DNA of 63,939 nucleotides, filler included, from Octopus bimaculoides (Eukaryota), in the NCBI RefSeq assembly GCF_001194135.2. It is 5 parts of 5 records of this genome, joined end to end, with 100 filler letters (N's around TTAATTAATTAA, not from the genome) between each part and the next. Parts side by side here need not be neighbours in the genome. Positions count along the whole stretch, not along the records: positions 42,824 to 59,088 come from NC_068981.1; positions 59,189 to 62,497 come from NW_026362621.1; positions 62,598 to 63,939 come from NW_026390451.1; 2 more parts are not named here. One strand, given 5' to 3'. The position numbers were made by a program, and so were the translations under genes. Below, piece by piece: positions 50,386-63,435 of the stretch (positions are counted from its first letter, which is position 1; every line of letters starts with the position of its first letter). The notes under the pieces were generated by a model. The model was given only the letters and a program-made list of their open reading frames with translations, had not been told where the DNA came from and searched no databases.

Positions 50386-51285
50386 TTGTACCTATTATAT
50401 TGATACCAAGATCGACTTCCGCAGAGTATGAATTCAGCACATGAATGAACGAAACTAAAATACCGCAAGGTAGATTTTTTCTGCCGGTTATCCACACTTG
50501 TCAAGCAATCATTCCTCTCAAAATACTAACATTTCCGTTTTCAGCTGTATTAAGCGTTCTGATATTTATTTTCAAGAAATCCTAATGGATGGTTTTTGGT
50601 TATTCAAAAGGAAATATAAATATCGTGAACATGGAATTGAAATTTACTTCAGGGTTTTCTTGGATTGGAGCATAAAGTTCGAGGAAAAAGAAAGATAAAA
50701 AAAAAAAAAGAAAATGCAAAATGTGAGATAAGCGATTGGAATTCAAAGTTGAACTGGAATTTAAAATTCAAATATCTGTTTCCGGTACACACACACACAC
50801 ACACACACTCACGTGTGTACATATGTATATGTACGNNNNNNNNNNNNNNNNNNNNNNNNNNNNNNNNNNNNNNNNNNNNNNNNNNNNNNNNNNNNNNNNN
50901 NNNNNNNNNNNNNNNNNNNNNNNNNNNNNNNNNNNNNNNNNNNNNNNNNNNNNNNNNNNNNNNNNNNNNNNNNNNNNNNNNNNNNNNNNNNNNNNNNNNN
51001 NNNNNNNNNNNNNNNNNNNNNTATATATATAAATAAATTTGTGAATGAATAAGATTTTCTTCTAAGCACAAATTTGAAGCAAAACAGATAAACGGGTTTT
51101 CTGATTCGAGCCGCCAATCCGATTTTGTAAGTTCTCTTTATTAAAATTCCAATTAAACACTTGATATTCCAAACCGATGACACTGTAAATACTCGGAACG
51201 AGTAAAACCGAAGTACTCATCTCTCATAAAAACAATGATATATGAATCACAGAGGTGGGCTGTCCTTCAGGCCATACCCTACAGA

Positions 51286-51330
<45 letters not shown>

Positions 51331-51719
51331 TACTGAATAACTCGGTCCTGGTTATACTATGTCTGATAAAAGACAAGATAGAATAGTTACGATTTACCTT
51401 GATCAAAGGTAAATTTGGTCGAAATTAGCTTAGGGCTAAATAATATAAATTACAGGGATCCACTCGATTCAATTACCTCAGGTTAGGTGCTTTCGCGCTT
51501 ATGGGATTGTAAGTATGACCACAAATTTCAGGATATTGCCTGTATTTTCACTCTTGTAGAAACGGGTAAATTTTGTGAATTTGAAAGCTTTACTTCTCAG
51601 CCAAAAGGCCGGTTTTCGGCGTCCAAGCAAAAATATGCGTCATTGTAAATATGAGCTATCAGTTGGAAAATTTCACTGAATGTGTGTGTTACTGTATATT
51701 TTCTTGGGTCACAATAAGC

Positions 51720-51781
<62 letters not shown>

Positions 51782-52419
51782 GTATCAGCCAACTGGTAAC
51801 AACATTAATAAATTCAACATGATAGCAATGACAGTAGCTACATATGTTGTATGTCAACATTGCAGGGAGGGAATAGTAAATTGTAGAATTTTTATAGCTC
51901 AGATAAGAGGTACAAGTGGAAGTGTTCATGATCTTGTAATCCGTCTACTAACTATAATCATACAGTACTTCATCCCACCACATTCCTTCAGCCTTTTATC
52001 TTTTAATTTGCATTCTTAAATAAGACAATAAGTTTCTACTCTCACAAAGCAGTTCTGTCATGGTGCTAATTTTTACTACATATTGTTTGTGGATAACTGT
52101 TAATTACCAGAACTATTTGATTTACATACAATTTAAGATATCTGGAAAGAAGCCATCAAGTGGACAAAGGAACCGTAAAAGGATTACACTAGATATTAAA
52201 CTAGGTGTTTAAAAATGACTTGATGCGAGAGAGAAGAAAAAAATCAACCACATTGCTAAAACATTAAAGCTTACGTGACACAAAAGAAAATTAAATCAAG
52301 TGCTCAAGAAGTTACGTTTTCAACTGTTTGAACCTTATTTTTTTTATAGATCTAATATGGTGCTTAAAATGGAAAGGTCCTTGGGTACAGGGATCGAATA
52401 AATATATGGCCATTATATA

Positions 52420-52990
52420 TATTCTTCAATATATATATTCTTCACAAGATTTTCATAAGCAGAAAATCTCCATTAAATTCGGAAAGATATTGTGACACTT
52501 GCAAATGATGTAGGGTTTGAAGAAACCGCAGAGGGTGATGTGATTGAGTTGCCTGTGCCCCGCAGAGGAAGTTTATCAAAAGAGGAGCTTATGCCATTAG
52601 AACAAAAGCAAACTGAGAATACAAATGAGAATAATGGAAATTTTAGCAAGTACACTTAAGTTGACTGCAAAGAACATTGCTAAAGGCTCGATACTTATAG
52701 ATGAAGGTCTGCAAGATTTCATTGATAACAAACCTAATTGTGAACGTAACAAAAAATTACAGAACGAGTTCACAATGAGCTCAGTTCCTACTCTGAACTG
52801 TTCAAAGCCATAATGCACCATAAACATCAAAGATCTTCACCCCTCACGTAGATATTGATAAGATAGAAGATAGTGCCCTTCATCCTTCCAGTATCTTTCA
52901 TTCTATTATCACTGCTCAGACACTAGTAAACACCGTTTCAGGTATGTACAAACCGTCCTGTGATATTACAATTCTCATTTTTTCCAAGCA
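52420..52990 (+). mobile_element. Tigger/pogo-like transposase C-terminal fragment
   Basis: IRKDIVTLANDVGFEETAEGDVIEL...LSKEELMPLE resembles the Tigger C-terminal motif VGFE.V.E.DV.ELL.SH..EL..EEL. Confidence 0.6.
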
Positions 52991-53100
52991 TATTTCACTT
53001 CAAATGTTTCTATGCATATATATTGTGCTGTATATATTAAAGAATTGTTATTTTCATGCATAAAACTGTTCATCATGCTTTTTATTTTTTATTTTTGCAG

Positions 53101-53333
53101 TCTTGTCGAAAATATCAGCTGGAACGCATGATCGTTTTATGACATGTAAACCAATGGGAAAATTGTTTTCACATTACATAATTTTGCTTTACAACAAGTT
53201 TTTGGGGATGCATTACAACCTTAACGCAAATTCCTGTATAATAATGAACGTATATTCTCTTCATTTCAGCTACAACACTCAAGAAGTGTCGGGTTTTTTT
53301 TACACAACTTTTTCTCTCTTCAGACATCGCTAA
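53101..53333 (+). CDS. Candidate exon continuing the 41689 signal peptide: (V)LSKISAGTHDRFMTCKPM...
   Basis: Strong acceptor gctttttatttttatttttgcag; phase 1 compatible; open to TAA at 53333; true 3' boundary unknown. Confidence 0.25.
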
Positions 53334-53580
53334 AGAATTTTAATTTCATTGAAGCTATTTAGGTAACATTTCCATTTCAATCAATCTATTTAAAATGTTG
53401 AAAATGCACTTACTGGTTGTGTAAGAATATAGTTTTCATTAGCAAAAGCAGTTCTTTCTTAACCCACCTACTCAAAATAATCGATATATCTCACATACAC
53501 AATTAAACTTGTATGGTTCCCGGTAACTGTTGCTATACAGAAAGTAAAAACCACTGCCTGCGAGCTCTGGTTTCTCGTTT

Positions 53581-53665
53581 TCAGCTGCGTATTTCTACTT
53601 TCTTGTCCGTAGGATCTCTTTCAGCTTCACGTAATTCTCCTTCTTGTCTCTCTTTCTGCAGCGGT
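53581..53665 (-). CDS. Candidate terminal exon of an unidentified minus-strand gene (PLQKERQEGELREAERDPTDKKVEIRS*)
   Basis: Minus-strand acceptor tttttttttttgtctcag; purine-rich coding-like sequence; TGA at 53583-53581. Confidence 0.3.
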
Positions 53666-54043
53666 CTGAGACAAAAAAAAAAATGACAAAAAAAAAGGCA
53701 AAAAAAAAAATGACAAAAAAAATACAGACATTACGTGTAACTATGGAAACAACATGAATTCATTTCATAACTATTATCTTATATCATTTACATGTTTCAG
53801 TCATTTGACTCCGGCTGTGCTGGGGCATCGCCTTGAAAGGTTTTAGTTGAAGAGATCGACCACAGTGCTTCTGTTTTTAAGTCTGATGCTTATTCTATTG
53901 GTTTCTTTTGCTGAATCACTGAATTACGGGAACGTAAACAAACTAACACCAGTTGTCAAGTGGTTGGTGAGGACAAACCCAAGCACAAAGTCAAACGGAC
54001 ACATACACATGCTTACACTCATACATACATACACACACGCAAG

Positions 54044-54091
<48 letters not shown>

Positions 54092-54639
54092 CAGACAGAC
54101 AGATACACATACATACACACACACACATTCGTATATGCTTAGGCAAATTGGTAACTAGCTACGAATTCAAACTCAAAAGCAAAGACATCAAAGGATCGTT
54201 CAGTGAATATAATTAGTTTGACGCTCGAAGTAAGTTATAGTAGGAAAGTTAAGAGTAGAAATATGACGTTTAAGACGAGCTGTTCGTCGGATATGCAAAT
54301 GAAAGTCCAGAGAAGAGAACTAGAGGAAGGAAGGAAAGAAGGAAGGAAGAAACAATAAGAACGGATAGTAAAAAACATCACGTGTATGACTTCACGAACA
54401 AAAAAATAATTGACTGTAAGTTGGAGAAAGAAAAAAAAATGTGGCTTTTGTAGATTAACCTACAGATTAAAGTAGTAGAATGGCTAAGAACTCATATCAA
54501 ATCCCTGATCTGTAGAACATACCCATTTGAAAGAAACCCGTTGTATGGATAGGAACTGTATAGTGTGTAAAGAAAGCCCACGGGTAAATTGTAAAACTGG
54601 GAATGTAGTCTACAGTAGAAGGTGTACAGAGGGACGGTG

Positions 54640-54920
54640 AAGAAACAGGACAACGACGTACATTGCAGAGACAGCGCGTAGCATAGGTAAAAGGGTAAGT
54701 GAACACTGGCGTGCACTCAAGTAGGTAAAATGCTCGTCAGTGCTATAGCAGCATGCTCAGAACATGGTAGCTCGGTTGATAGCATATATGTTAGGATCTT
54801 ATCGACATTTAGAACAGACATGACGTTCAAATCATAGAGGCCACACACATTATAGAAAATAGACTGATCGCCTACCGAAAACGTTAATGGAGTAATAACA
54901 CTCTCCACTCTACCACACTA
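54640..54920 (+). mobile_element. Penelope-like 3' fragment, same family as 6950-7230
   Basis: gttaggatcttatcgacatttagaac...agaggccacacacattat...aataacactctccac aligns with 7095-7225. Confidence 0.65.
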
Positions 54921-55236
54921 CGCGAACTGACGACTGATGACAATGAAAAACAATAAAACACACGGGTACAAATAGTGTAATACACAAACCCATATACACG
55001 CACACAAGACATATACACATACTAAACACATAGACATACAAACAGATACAGATGTAAATGCATTCGCAGATAGGAATACATACCACAGAGAGTTAAAATG
55101 AAATAAACAGGACAAGACCAGGGAGAAGAGGAAACACAAGGGACAAAAAGTCGTTGAAAAGGTCACAATGTTTGATGAAAGAACTCTGACAAATAAACTA
55201 ACAACAACAATAATAATAATATTTAATAATAATAAT

Positions 55237-55646
55237 AGGCGCAGGAGTGGCTGTGTGGTAAGTAGCTTGCTTACCAACCACATGGTTTTGGATTCAGTCC
55301 CACTGCGTGGCACCTTGGACAGGTGTCTTCTACTATAGCCTCGGGCCGACCAAAGCCTTGTGAGTGGATTTGGTAGACGGAAACTGAAAGAAGCCCGTCG
55401 TATATATGTATATATATATATATGTATGTGTGTGTATATGTTTGTCTGTCTGTGTTTGTCCCCCCAACATCGCTTGACAACCGATGCTGGTGTGTTTACG
55501 TCCCTGTAACTTAGCGGTTCGGCAAAAGAGACCGATAGAATAAGTACTAGGCTTACAAAGAATAAGTCCTGGGGTCGATTTACTCGACTAAAAAGCGGTG
55601 CTCCAGCATGGCCGCAGTCAAATGACTGAAACAAATAAAAGAGTAA
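55237..55646 (+). mobile_element. Full-length SINE family A copy
   Basis: Near-identical to 13550-13950. Confidence 0.93.
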
Positions 55647-55836
55647 AAGTGTAAAAGAGAATAATAATGATAATAAGGCTAAAGTGAAGATCAAATATGC
55701 GTTTGTTTAATTGGCAAAAGATGACCATCTCCAAATATAACAATATCTGTTTCAACACATGATTTCACATCAAGAATCTTGCAAAACAAATACATAAATA
55801 ATCTGTCTCCCTCCCTCCACCTCTCTCTCTATATAT

Positions 55837-55882
<46 letters not shown>

Positions 55883-56739
55883 ATGTACACACACGATGGG
55901 CATACCGATTCCATCTACAAATTCACTCACAAGGCGTTGATTGGTCTGGGGTATAAAGTAGAAGACACCTGTCCAAGGTGCCATGTTGTGGGATTGAACC
56001 CGAAGTCTCCTAGCTACAAAGCGAGCTTCATAATTACACAACCATACCTGATTTAAAAAAACAATACCGGCTTCACAAACAATTATCCTAACAATCTTTG
56101 GTGATTTTGGTTCGGTTGGCAATCGTACAACAAAAATAGTATCGTCGATTAGACCAAAATACATATGCTACAACAACAAAAAAATTAAACATTTTAAAAA
56201 CCAATATTAAGTATTACTTACCAAAAAATTCTATAACGTGATATTATAAATGGACTTAAATCAGCTTCTATCAACATTTCTGGCAACCGACATCAGCTTT
56301 TTAGTTTTGCATTCAATATCTTGAAAAGGAAACTATTGTAGTTCAAAGAACATGTGTGGCCGGCTGCATTTTGGTTGCTTGTACACTGATTTATGAGAAT
56401 TTATGATCAATATTAATGAAATCTTCTGTAAATAATACTCAATATTACTTTTACGCCGTTTAATTTTGCTGTCAATGTGTGCTTTATCCTAACCAAACAT
56501 ACGATTTTTGCTGTATCTTTCCAAACCCTGGCACTTTTTTCGTATGAAGTAAATTATTACATTAGTATTTTTACATCAAATGGAATTCGTCACAGAAGTT
56601 GGGTTTTCTCACCAAGACTGAAAACTACTTCAACCCAAAACAAATCCCAAATACACACTGAGCAGTGATTATCTCAGATTTTCAATCCAGCTTGGTTCTA
56701 TACCTTATCTCCTGCGTCTTCCTACCTTATAATATTGGT

Positions 56740-56940
56740 TTCACATTTTGGCACAAGACCAGCAATTTTGGGGTAAGGGATAAGTCGATTACATCGATTC
56801 CAAGGTTCAACTGGTACCTATTTTATCGACCTTGAAAGGATGAAAGGCAAAGTTGACCTCGGCAGAATTTAAACTCAGGACGTAAGGACGGGTGAAAAGC
56901 ATTTTTCCCGGGGTGCTAACGATTCTGCCAGCTCACCGCA
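56740..56940 (-). mobile_element. SINE family D copy
   Basis: Matches other family D copies. Confidence 0.8.
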
Positions 56941-57049
56941 ACACAGGCGAGTGCTATTTCACAACACTATAATTCAGGTAATAATTCAGAAAATTTCAAA
57001 TAAGTACCAATATAGCAAAAGCCTCCTTAAAAACTCTACACACCCTTAA

Positions 57050-57267
57050 CCCTTTAGCATTTAAAAAGGCCATAACCAACCCAAATATTTTAACAGTTTT
57101 ATGTTCAAACTGGACAGATCCGGTCTCTCACACCAATCATGAAATGTCATTCTAAAAATAAAAAGTCACATCATCGACACCGCGAAACTGAGATAATGCA
57201 TGATTAGTTCGAAACAATGTGATTAAATAAGCATTACATTCGACAGATTAATTTGAATGCTAAAGGG
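57050..57267. mobile_element. piggyBac-type MITE
   Basis: TTAA TSDs at 57046-57049 and 57268-57271; TIRs ccctttagcatt / aatgctaaaggg. Confidence 0.88.
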
Positions 57268-57419
57268 TTAAGTAATCCCCCATGTGATACGACTCACTTT
57301 AGGAACCATTGCTTGATATTAAATAGCTTAAATTAAAGACAGAACCTTTACGTGGTCGTCCGATCTGCTAGAAAGAGTAGTAGCTAAATCTTTCTTAATC
57401 GCATCTCCCTAAATTAGTA

Positions 57420-57920
57420 AATAAAGACATGCTGGCGATTAAAATATATGTAGTTGCCGTAAAGAAAGGAAAAGACCTGACATTTCGAGCTCTCTATGCT
57501 GTTTTCCTGATGTCGTGATAGTGATGAAAATCGATAGGAGGCTGTTAAGACCGGTAAGGAGGCTGAACATGGTTTATGAACTGAGGAGAGTGAAAGACGA
57601 TTTGAAAAGTTTAACACGACAATGGAAATGGTAAGTACCACCAGTCTGTGAGAGAGCTAGAGTTAGAGTAAGAGTGCTTGTATGTGTGAGTGGGGAAACT
57701 TAGTGCATGCGTGCACCCGTGTGCCAGGACAGATGTAAGGAAATTTAACCTATTATTGATATCGTGGGATGAGGATGTGCCCAATCTAAAGATGAGTCTT
57801 TCTTCACGAAGTTGTCTAGTAGAAGAAAATCCATGGTGTTGGAGAAATCTCAAGGCAGAGAGGTACTAGTCAAAGTGGCAAATTGAAATGGTGAACCATT
57901 TCACAGAGGTGTTATGGTGA
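57420..57920 (-). mobile_element. Penelope-like 3' end plus pseudo-LTR
   Basis: GFSSTRQLREERLIFRLGTSSSHDINNRLNF matches R...E..LIF.LGT..PHGIN.RF; gctc-gaaa-tg-tc-agg hammerhead-like remnant near 57475-57495. Confidence 0.75.
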
Positions 57921-58003
57921 ACTATCCTACAGCATCAACAACACGCCCACTTTCTTATTCCTTACTTCGTGACTTTGGTACAGTACACAGATTCATACAT
58001 ACA

Positions 58004-58166
58004 CTCTCTGAGTGGTTGGCGTTAGGAAGGGCATCCAGCTGTAGAAACTCTGCCAAATTAGATTGGAGCCTGGTGTTGCCATCCGGTTTCACCAGTCCTC
58101 AGTCAAATCGTCCAACCCATGCTAGCATGGAAAGCGGACGTTAAACGACGATGATGATGATGATGA
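58004..58166 (-). mobile_element. SINE-like family B copy
   Basis: Near-identical to 17280-17457. Confidence 0.88.
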
Positions 58167-58523
58167 TTCCTATTCTCATTTGTTTGCCCTGCAAGAAATA
58201 GCAGCAAGATCTCCCCCGAATCATACCCAACTATCTTAGAAAATGACACACTGGACAATGTGCTCCTGAGTTTCCTCTGTACATAGGAAAAAGACGAGAT
58301 GGTCAAGGCAGGACGCCTATGATTATGTCTGCATTACGAGAACCTGAGACTAAATAACAATAACGACAAACACGATTGTGCACTCTTGACCACACGCACT
58401 ACATTCACACAGACGTGATCCGGCCTCTGACATCAACTAGCTTCTCACACACTCATACGCAGTACACACACAAACTCGCGTGACTAATGTATACGCAAAT
58501 ATATACATTGACCTAACGTGCGT

Positions 58524-58556
<33 letters not shown>

Positions 58557-61500
58557 ACTTATACACTCACTGTAACACTTATACACTCACTGTAACAGGC
58601 ACGCACGTACTCACGCACGCACGTACCCCCCACATGCATACACTAACTGGTACTAATTATCATTCTCAATGAGCATGGCCGATATTACAGCTTACTACCT
58701 ATTCTCCTCTACGTACCATAGCTTCCAGGTAAAAGTGCACTTCTTAACCTCTATAAATGGCCTGAGGTCAAAACGTGGATTTTTTCCCCCTGTTCCGCAG
58801 GGCAACTACATAGATCTTTTTTTAATAACTGGCATATTTCCGCAAATCCCCAATTTTATTTTGATTCGTGGGACCAACTGCCTTTCGAAGCCCCATATTG
58901 TCGTTAATTGCTCGAAATGAAGAGTAGATGGACAGCCGACAACTGATGAAGGGTCATTCTTTATGTAACTTGTCTTGTTTTCCATTTGTTTCTCTCGTTG
59001 TTCGCATGGCCAAGTTTGTCTTTGTATTTCATGTTGTTTACATTTTGTGACGTCCTGTACCCATATATGCATTTATATATATATATATNNNNNNNNNNNN
59101 NNNNNNNNNNNNNNNNNNNNNNNNNNNNNNNNTTAATTAATTAANNNNNNNNNNNNNNNNNNNNNNNNNNNNNNNNNNNNNNNNNNNNCATATAGTTTGG
59201 TTATAACTGTGGAAAAAACTATTTGATGGAAATTAATATAATAACAATATTCATGTAATTACACAGCATTTTAAATGGTTTACAATGAATTTCCAATTCT
59301 AAAATGATATTCNNNNNNNNNNCAGCATTTTAAATGGTTTACAATGAATTTCCAATTCTAAAATGATATTCTGAATATGTGAATTAATTGCATTTCTATA
59401 AAATTGACGGTGTCTCCTAAACTTAATTTGTTTCTCAGAAACTTAGTNNNNNNNNNNNNNNNNNNNNNNNNNNNNNNNNNNNNNNNNNNNNNNNNNNNNN
59501 NNNNNNNNNNNNNNNNNNNNNNNNNNNNNNNNNNNNNNNNNNNNNNNNNNNNNNNNNNNNNNNNNNNNNNNNNNNNNNNNNNNNNNNNNNNNNNNNNNNN
59601 NNNNNNNNNNNNNNNNNNNNNNNNNNNNNNNNNNNNNNNNNNNNNNNNNNNNNNNNNNNNNNNNNNNNNNNNNNNNNNNNNNNNNNNNNNNNNNNNNNNN
59701 NNNNNNNNNNNNNNNNNNNNNNNNNNNNNNNNNNNNNNNNNNNNNNNNNNNNNNNNNNNNNNNNNNNNNNNNNNNNNNNNNNNNNNNNNNNNNNNNNNNN
59801 NNNNNNNNNNNNNNNNNNNNNNNNNNNNNNNNNNNNNNNNNNNNNNNNNNNNNNNNNNNNNNNNNNNNNNNNNNNNNNNNNNNNNNNNNNNNNNNNNNNN
59901 NNNNNNNNNNNNNNNNNNNNNNNNNNNNNNNNNNNNNNNNNNNNNNNNNNNNNNNNNNNNNNNNNNNNNNNNNNNNNNNNNNNNNNNNNNNNNNNNNNNN
60001 NNNNNNNNNNNNNNNNNNNNNNNNNNNNNNNNNNNNNNNNNNNNNNNNNNNNNNNNNNNNNNNNNNNNNNNNNNNNNNNNNNNNNNNNNNNNNNNNNNNN
60101 NNNNNNNNNNNNNNNNNNNNNNNNNNNNNNNNNNNNNNNNNNNNNNNNNNNNNNNNNNNNNNNNNNNNNNNNNNNNNNNNNNNNNNNNNNNNNNNNNNNN
60201 NNNNNNNNNNNNNNNNNNNNNNNNNNNNNNNNNNNNNNNNNNNNNNNNNNNNNATGAAATACAAAGTCGACCTCGGCGGAATTAGAACTCAGAACGTAAA
60301 TACAGACGAAATACCACTAAGCAGTTTGCCCGGCGTGCTAACGATTCTTATTTTTTNNNNNNNNNNNNNNNNNNNNNNNNNNNNNNNNNNNNNNNNNNNN
60401 NNNNNNNNNNNNNNNNNNNNNNNNNNNNNNNNNNNNNNNNNNNNNNNNNNNNNNNNNNNNNNNNNNNNNNNNNNNNNNNNNNNNNNNNNNNNNNNNNNNN
60501 NNNNNNNNNNNNNNNNNNNNNNNNNNNNNNNNNNNNNNNNNNNNNNNNNNNNNNNNNNNGACGTGCCAACGTTTCTGCCAGCTCGCCGCCTTGAACTGTT
60601 TAAGTATTAAACAATTGGGTGATAACATATATTTATCTCTCACCACGTCCTTATCCTACATTAATAGGTTTATGTGGAATGCATTACATCTGTTTTCTCA
60701 CCATCTTGGATATTATTTATTCGATGGATGCTTTCNNNNNNNNNNNNNNNNNNNNNNNNNNNNNNNNNNNNNNNNNNNNNNNNNNNNNNNNNNNNNNNNN
60801 NNNNNNNNNNNNNNNNNNNNNNNNGTGAATAATGACAACATATGGGAAGGTCATGGCTAGATTGTCTTTGAACATAGGGTCATTAGATAAGAATTAACTT
60901 TTAGTTAAAACCTAAACAACACAAACCACACTTTTTATATATTTTAAACAAATATAATTGTCACATTTCAAATAGATTTCCTTCTTATAAAACAATTTTA
61001 ATGTTTAATATTTCACTTTTATAAGAAAGCAAGCTGGCAGGGACGTTAGCACGACGACCGAAATGCTGAGCGGTATTTCGTCTGCCGTTACGTTCTGAGT
61101 TCAAATTCNNNNNNNNNNNNNNNNNNNNNNNNNNNNNNNNNNNNNNNNNNNNNNNNNNNNNNNNNNNNNNNNNNNNNNNNNNNNNNNNNNNNNNNNNNNN
61201 NNNNNNNNNNNNNNNNNNNNNNNNNNNNNNNNNNNNNNNNNNNNNNNNNNNNNNNNNNNNNNNNNNNNNNNNNNNNNNNNNNNNNNNNNNNNNNNNNNNN
61301 NNNNNNNNNNNNNNNNNNNNNNNNNNNNNNNNNNNNNNNNNNNNNNNNNNNNNNNNNNNNNNNNNNNNNNNNNNNNNNNNNNNNNNNNNNNNNNNNNNNN
61401 NNNNNNNNNNNNNNNNNNNNNNNNNNNNNNNNNNNNNNNNNNNNNNNNNNNNNNNNNNNNNNNNNNNNNNNNNNNNNNNNNNNNNNNNNNNNNNNNNNNN

Positions 61501-62089
61501 NNNNNNNNNNNNNNNNNNNNNNNNNNNNNNNNNNNNNNNNNNNNNNNNNNNNNNNNNNNNNNNNNNNNNNNNNNNNNNNNNNNNNNNNNNNNNNNNNNNN
61601 NNNNNNNNNNNNNNNNNNNNNNNNNNNNNNNNNNNNNNNNNNNNNNNNNNNNNNNNNNNNNNNNNNNNNNNNNNNNNNNNNNNNNNNNNNNNNNNNNNNN
61701 NNNNNNNNNNNNNNNNNNNNNNNNNNNNNNNNNNNNNNNNNNNNNNNNNNNNNNNNNNNNNNNNNNNNNNNNNNNNNNNNNNNNNTCGATATATTCAACG
61801 TAGCCCCGCCTTGAAACTACTGGCCTTGAGCCAAAATTTGAATGAACATTTCAACTTTATAAATAGTATTTTGTCCTTGTAAGACTTAAACAGCCTCTTA
61901 AGTATAAAAGAATTCTATTTTAATGAATTCTTATTGATTACATTTAAATACTGTATTTGGAAGAATAATCGATTTTAGAATTGATCAGATCTAGAAATAT
62001 TATTGCTGAGTTCTGTGGAATTGTCGGCTGGATTCACAAAGCCAAAGTGATGGTTATTTAAATGTTTACATTTGCAGATGAGTGAAGCT

Positions 62090-62430
62090 ATGTGGTCTAA
62101 TGGTTAGTGTATTCGGCTCATGGTCGTAAGGGCGTTGTTTCGATTCCCGGCGACGCCTTTTGTCCTTGAACAAGTCACTTTATTTCACGTTGTACCAGTC
62201 CACTCAACTGGCANNNNNNNNNNCTTGAACAAGTCACTTTATTTCACGTTGTACCAGTCCACTCAACTGGCAAAAATGAGTTGTACCTGTATTTCAAAGG
62301 ACCAGCCTTGTTACATTCTGTTTCCTGATGAATTTCTCAGAGAACTACATTAAAGGTACACCTGTCTTTGGAGTGTTCAGCCATTTCACGAGCCAGCTGT
62401 TCCGTTGATCGGATCAACTGGAGCCCACGT
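62090..62430 (+). mobile_element. SINE family C copy (with gap-duplicated segment)
   Basis: tRNA-like head and ...ttgatcggatcaactgg tail. Confidence 0.75.
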
Positions 62431-62961
62431 CGTCGAAACTAGTGGAGACTCATTTAGTTTGAAGATGAAAATGAAGTGAATAATAATTGGAGAGCGGNNN
62501 NNNNNNNNNNNNNNNNNNNNNNNNNNNNNNNNNNNNNNNNNTTAATTAATTAANNNNNNNNNNNNNNNNNNNNNNNNNNNNNNNNNNNNNNNNNNNNATA
62601 TATATATACGAACACATTACATTTAAGATAATATAGGAGATAAACACTACAACTTTTGCCAAACTTTGGTTCAGTTTCATGCCAAATACAACATTCATCA
62701 GCAAGATGTATTTGGAGTGAATTCCGAAGGCAGAAACCTGTGAAGTGAAAGATGGAATGATGAGATCCATAGAGTCAATTGTCTGACAGACAAAAAGACA
62801 AAAATGAGAAATACGAAATCTGATGAATGCTCCGTTTAGCATGAAATTTTTAGTTGCACAAAAGTAGTAACATTTGTCAATCACATACACACACACACAC
62901 ACACATACGTGTTTTATATATATATATGCATATGAATATGTGTGTATATGTATGTATGTAC

Positions 62962-62995
<34 letters not shown>

Positions 62996-63000
<5 letters not shown>

Positions 63001-63435
63001 GTTGTCAAGAAAGTTCTTGCGGTTTTTAACCTTTAAATTCAGGTGCACATATCTCGACTCAAACAAGACTTTATTAATCGAAATAAACACCATCAAAATC
63101 AACACACATTTGCCAACGCAAAACCAGTTTATTTATGCCAGTAGCGTAAAAATCCTGAGTTCTGGTGGTGATGAAGTCATTGACGGCGTGTTTGGCATCA
63201 TTTTGGCTTTTGAAGTATTTCTCATGCAGGAAGTTGTTGAGATGCTTGAAAAAGTGGTAGTCGGTAGGCAAGAGGTCATGTGAGCATGGCGGATAAGGCA
63301 GAGTTTTGTAGCCCAATTTGTTCAATTTCTGCAGGGTCAGTTGTGCAACGTGCAGCTGAGCGTTGTGGAAAAGAATTGGTCCTTTTCTATTGACCAATGC
63401 TGGCTGTTGTTGTCAGAGTTTCTTATGCATTATAG
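62996..63435 (-). mobile_element. mariner (Hsmar1/cecropia-like) 3' fragment with TIR
   Basis: KGPILFHNA..HVAQ.TLQKL..LGY.TLPYPP.S.DLLPTDYHFFKHL...F..GINKLV.RWQ.C; TIR ttaggttgtcaagaaagttcttgcggtttt. Confidence 0.9.

Noticed and set aside
54918-55694. 258-aa ORF and similar ORFs at 3252, 5108 and 3307
   Set aside because: Chance open frames through SINE family A and microsatellites
56222-56320. Minus-strand segment with good acceptor and GTAAGT donor
   Set aside because: Stops in all three frames, and joining it to the 53665 exon creates a TGA; could only be UTR or non-coding
58940-58990. CTGATGA followed by aggg as a hammerhead
   Set aside because: No pairing stem II or downstream GAAA
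59404-61798. Long ORFs made of X residues (also 16717, 21636, 29744, 37252)
   Set aside because: They run through N gaps
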